A stretch of DNA of 64,000 nt, taken from positions 1 to 64,000 of the forward strand of contig MCFE01000476.1 of NCBI GenBank assembly GCA_002104905.1. Direction: 5' to 3'. Source of the stretch: Basidiobolus meristosporus CBS 931.73 (lineage: Eukaryota; Fungi; Basidiobolomycota). Below are positions 62,140 through 64,000 of this stretch, piece by piece. Within the stretch, counting starts at the first letter, position 1. Each line of letters starts with the position of its first letter. The notes beneath the pieces are model-generated. The model was not told where the DNA came from. It saw only the letters and a program-made list of their open reading frames with translations, and did not search any database. The translations under genes and the position numbers were made by a program.

Positions 62140-62900
62140 TCTTTGAGAGGTATGTCTACCCTACTACAACACCACTCACTAATGGCAGGTATACTGTGGG
62201 ACCATCAGAAACTAATGGCCAAGCTATGCACACTTGACTTGCTACATGAGCATTATCCTAGACTGAAACAAGAAAATGGATTATGGGCCAGCATCAGTAT
62301 ACTGAGACAGTTTCTCAAGATTGGTGGTAGTCATTACGGGCAGAAGAACATGGGTGCCATGGCTGAAAATCAGTGGCTTTCTCAAAAGCTTTTCACAATT
62401 GGGATTTAAAGCTCCTAACAAAAGAGTGCAGACAAGAGATAAGCAGGAATAAATAGATGCACCAGTGCAGTATTTATCAAAGAGAAACATGGTACATTGC
62501 AATAATCACTCAGTTCAAGCATCAGCAATTGGCCTGTCAGTGATAAAAGTAAATGGAAAGGAAAAAAAGTCTACTCAAGTCAGAGACACAGAAGCATGAG
62601 AAAAGAGGCGCAGTTTTCACCAATTAATGCTGTCAACTTAAAGCTGTCTGCATCCTATACTAGCAAGGAAGAAATATCAGTCAGACAACAGCTGATTCAG
62701 TAGAGTTGAAACACTGCCTGCTCAGCTGCACTCTAGTGAGGCAGATGAGTTTGTAGAGAAAGGCACCATGTCTGCTACAGCCACTATGTTCTCCTTGTAG
62801 ACAGAAATGCTATGCTTTAAAATGCTAGCTGAAGACTAATATGTGTGGGAACTTGTGAATGAACAAAGGCATAAGGCTGTAGGGCTCACATATATTCTGA
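62140..62900 (+). pseudogene. Further ORF-Y fragment
   Basis: WDHQKL...LLHEHYPRLKQENGLWASISILRQFL. Confidence 0.6.
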
Positions 62901-63197
62901 GAGAATACAATATCAATTAGCACTCATGTCAAGCTTTGTAATCAACTACTCACTGCTTCTGTAAAGAATTACAACTAAACATATGAAGAAAAAGTGTCAG
63001 TCAAGTACTAGCAAAAAACTAGTTGAATACCAGCAGATTAATAGATGTATCCCAAGTGTGAATCATTTCATAGGGGCCTGGAACAGTCCAAATAACAAAT
63101 TTGCCACAAAGAATAAACAACAAGACAAAAGCTATCTTCTCTAAGTATGGAAGCTTCACCATATGCAACACACTGCATTGAGCTTGATAAGCTATCA

Positions 63198-64000
63198 GAG
63201 TTTTGACCAAGTTAAGGTTTGTCTCCATTGGGGTAGCTGCCGGTTTACAGTCTTCCATTTTGTACTTCTTTAGTGTATCTTGAATATACTTGGATTGGCT
63301 TAGGGTAATAGTCTGGGTACTTCTGTCTATGGAGAACTTAATCCCTAAGTAGTAACTAAGTTCTCCTAGATCGGACATCTTGAACTCCTTAGATAGGCTG
63401 GATTTAGTCTCTTCCAATGTTTCTAGGTTATTGGCGGCTATAATAAGATCATCCACATATAGAGCTAATAGAACTGGATTTGCTCTATCTGGCTTATAGT
63501 ATATACTATAGTCAGCATTACTTCTTTTGAAACTCAAAGATTCCAAATAAGAATCTATCTTGCAATTCCAGGCTCTTGGTGATTGTTTGAGACCATATAG
63601 TGACTTTTTAAGCTTGCAGACCAAATGGGGGTTATCTTGGTCAACAAGCCCACCAGGCTGGTCCATATACACGTCCTCATCAAGTTCTTCATTCAAAAAT
63701 GCAGTTTTTACATCCATTTGATGAATAAAAAGCTTATATTTGGCTGCAATAGCCAATATTAATCTGATGGAATTAAACTTGGCTACCGGTGCAAAGGTCT
63801 CAGTATAGTCAAGTCCTTTTGTTTGAGAGTATCCTTTGGCTACAAGTCTTGCTTTGTATCTTTCAATTGTACCATCAGCCTTGTATTTTGTCTTGAAGAC
63901 CCATCTGCATCCAATTGATTTTTGGTTGATTGGTAATTTGACTAAGTCCCAAGTTTGATTTTCCATCAGTGCCTGATATTCCTCAGTCATTGCAGATCTC
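63198..64000 (-). mobile_element. Young Copia-A RT segment running off the window; 3' part missing
   Basis: Nearly identical to 3548-4350; open frame, with CAA where A1 has TAA; abrupt junction near 63197. Confidence 0.92.

Noticed and set aside
63019-63197. Novel C-terminal extension on the copia RT ORF
   Set aside because: It is chance read-through past a truncation junction into unrelated sequence.
1-64000. CRISPR array, rRNA, tRNA or host protein-coding genes
   Set aside because: There is no regularly spaced short repeat-spacer array and no recognisable RNA gene; all long ORFs map to TEs, and the short ORFs are antisense or frameshifted TE pieces.

Overview
This 64-kb window is eukaryotic and probably fungal, judging from the En/Spm tnp2-type and chromovirus-like elements (inference). 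It is AT-rich, strongly CpG-depleted and consists almost entirely of nested transposable elements; I found no convincing host gene. Contents: (1) three Ty1/copia families with about 350-370 bp LTRs and GGTTAT-type primer-binding sites; (2) decayed Ty3/gypsy elements; (3) a roughly 1.07-kb solo-LTR family (LTR-X); (4) several CMC/En-Spm-like DNA transposons with CCCTA(CG)AAAA termini, a decayed tnp2 transposase and a second unknown gene (ORF-Y); (5) a PHIS (PIF/Harbinger-ISL2EU)-type system. That system comprises one full-length element (23395-27894) with an intact DDE transposase and a divergent second gene, a decayed second copy, and three young 733-734 bp fold-back MITEs. The MITEs are built from two copies of the element's right end, and all members insert with 3-bp ANT target duplications. 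Two further signals stand out. The intact transposase gene has zero CpG (all 28 Arg codons are AGA/AGG) while its partner gene on the same element is CpG-rich. All four two-ended LTR-X insertions sit in 4-bp target duplications centred on a CpG (N-CG-N). Counts and alignments were done by eye; no database searches were run.
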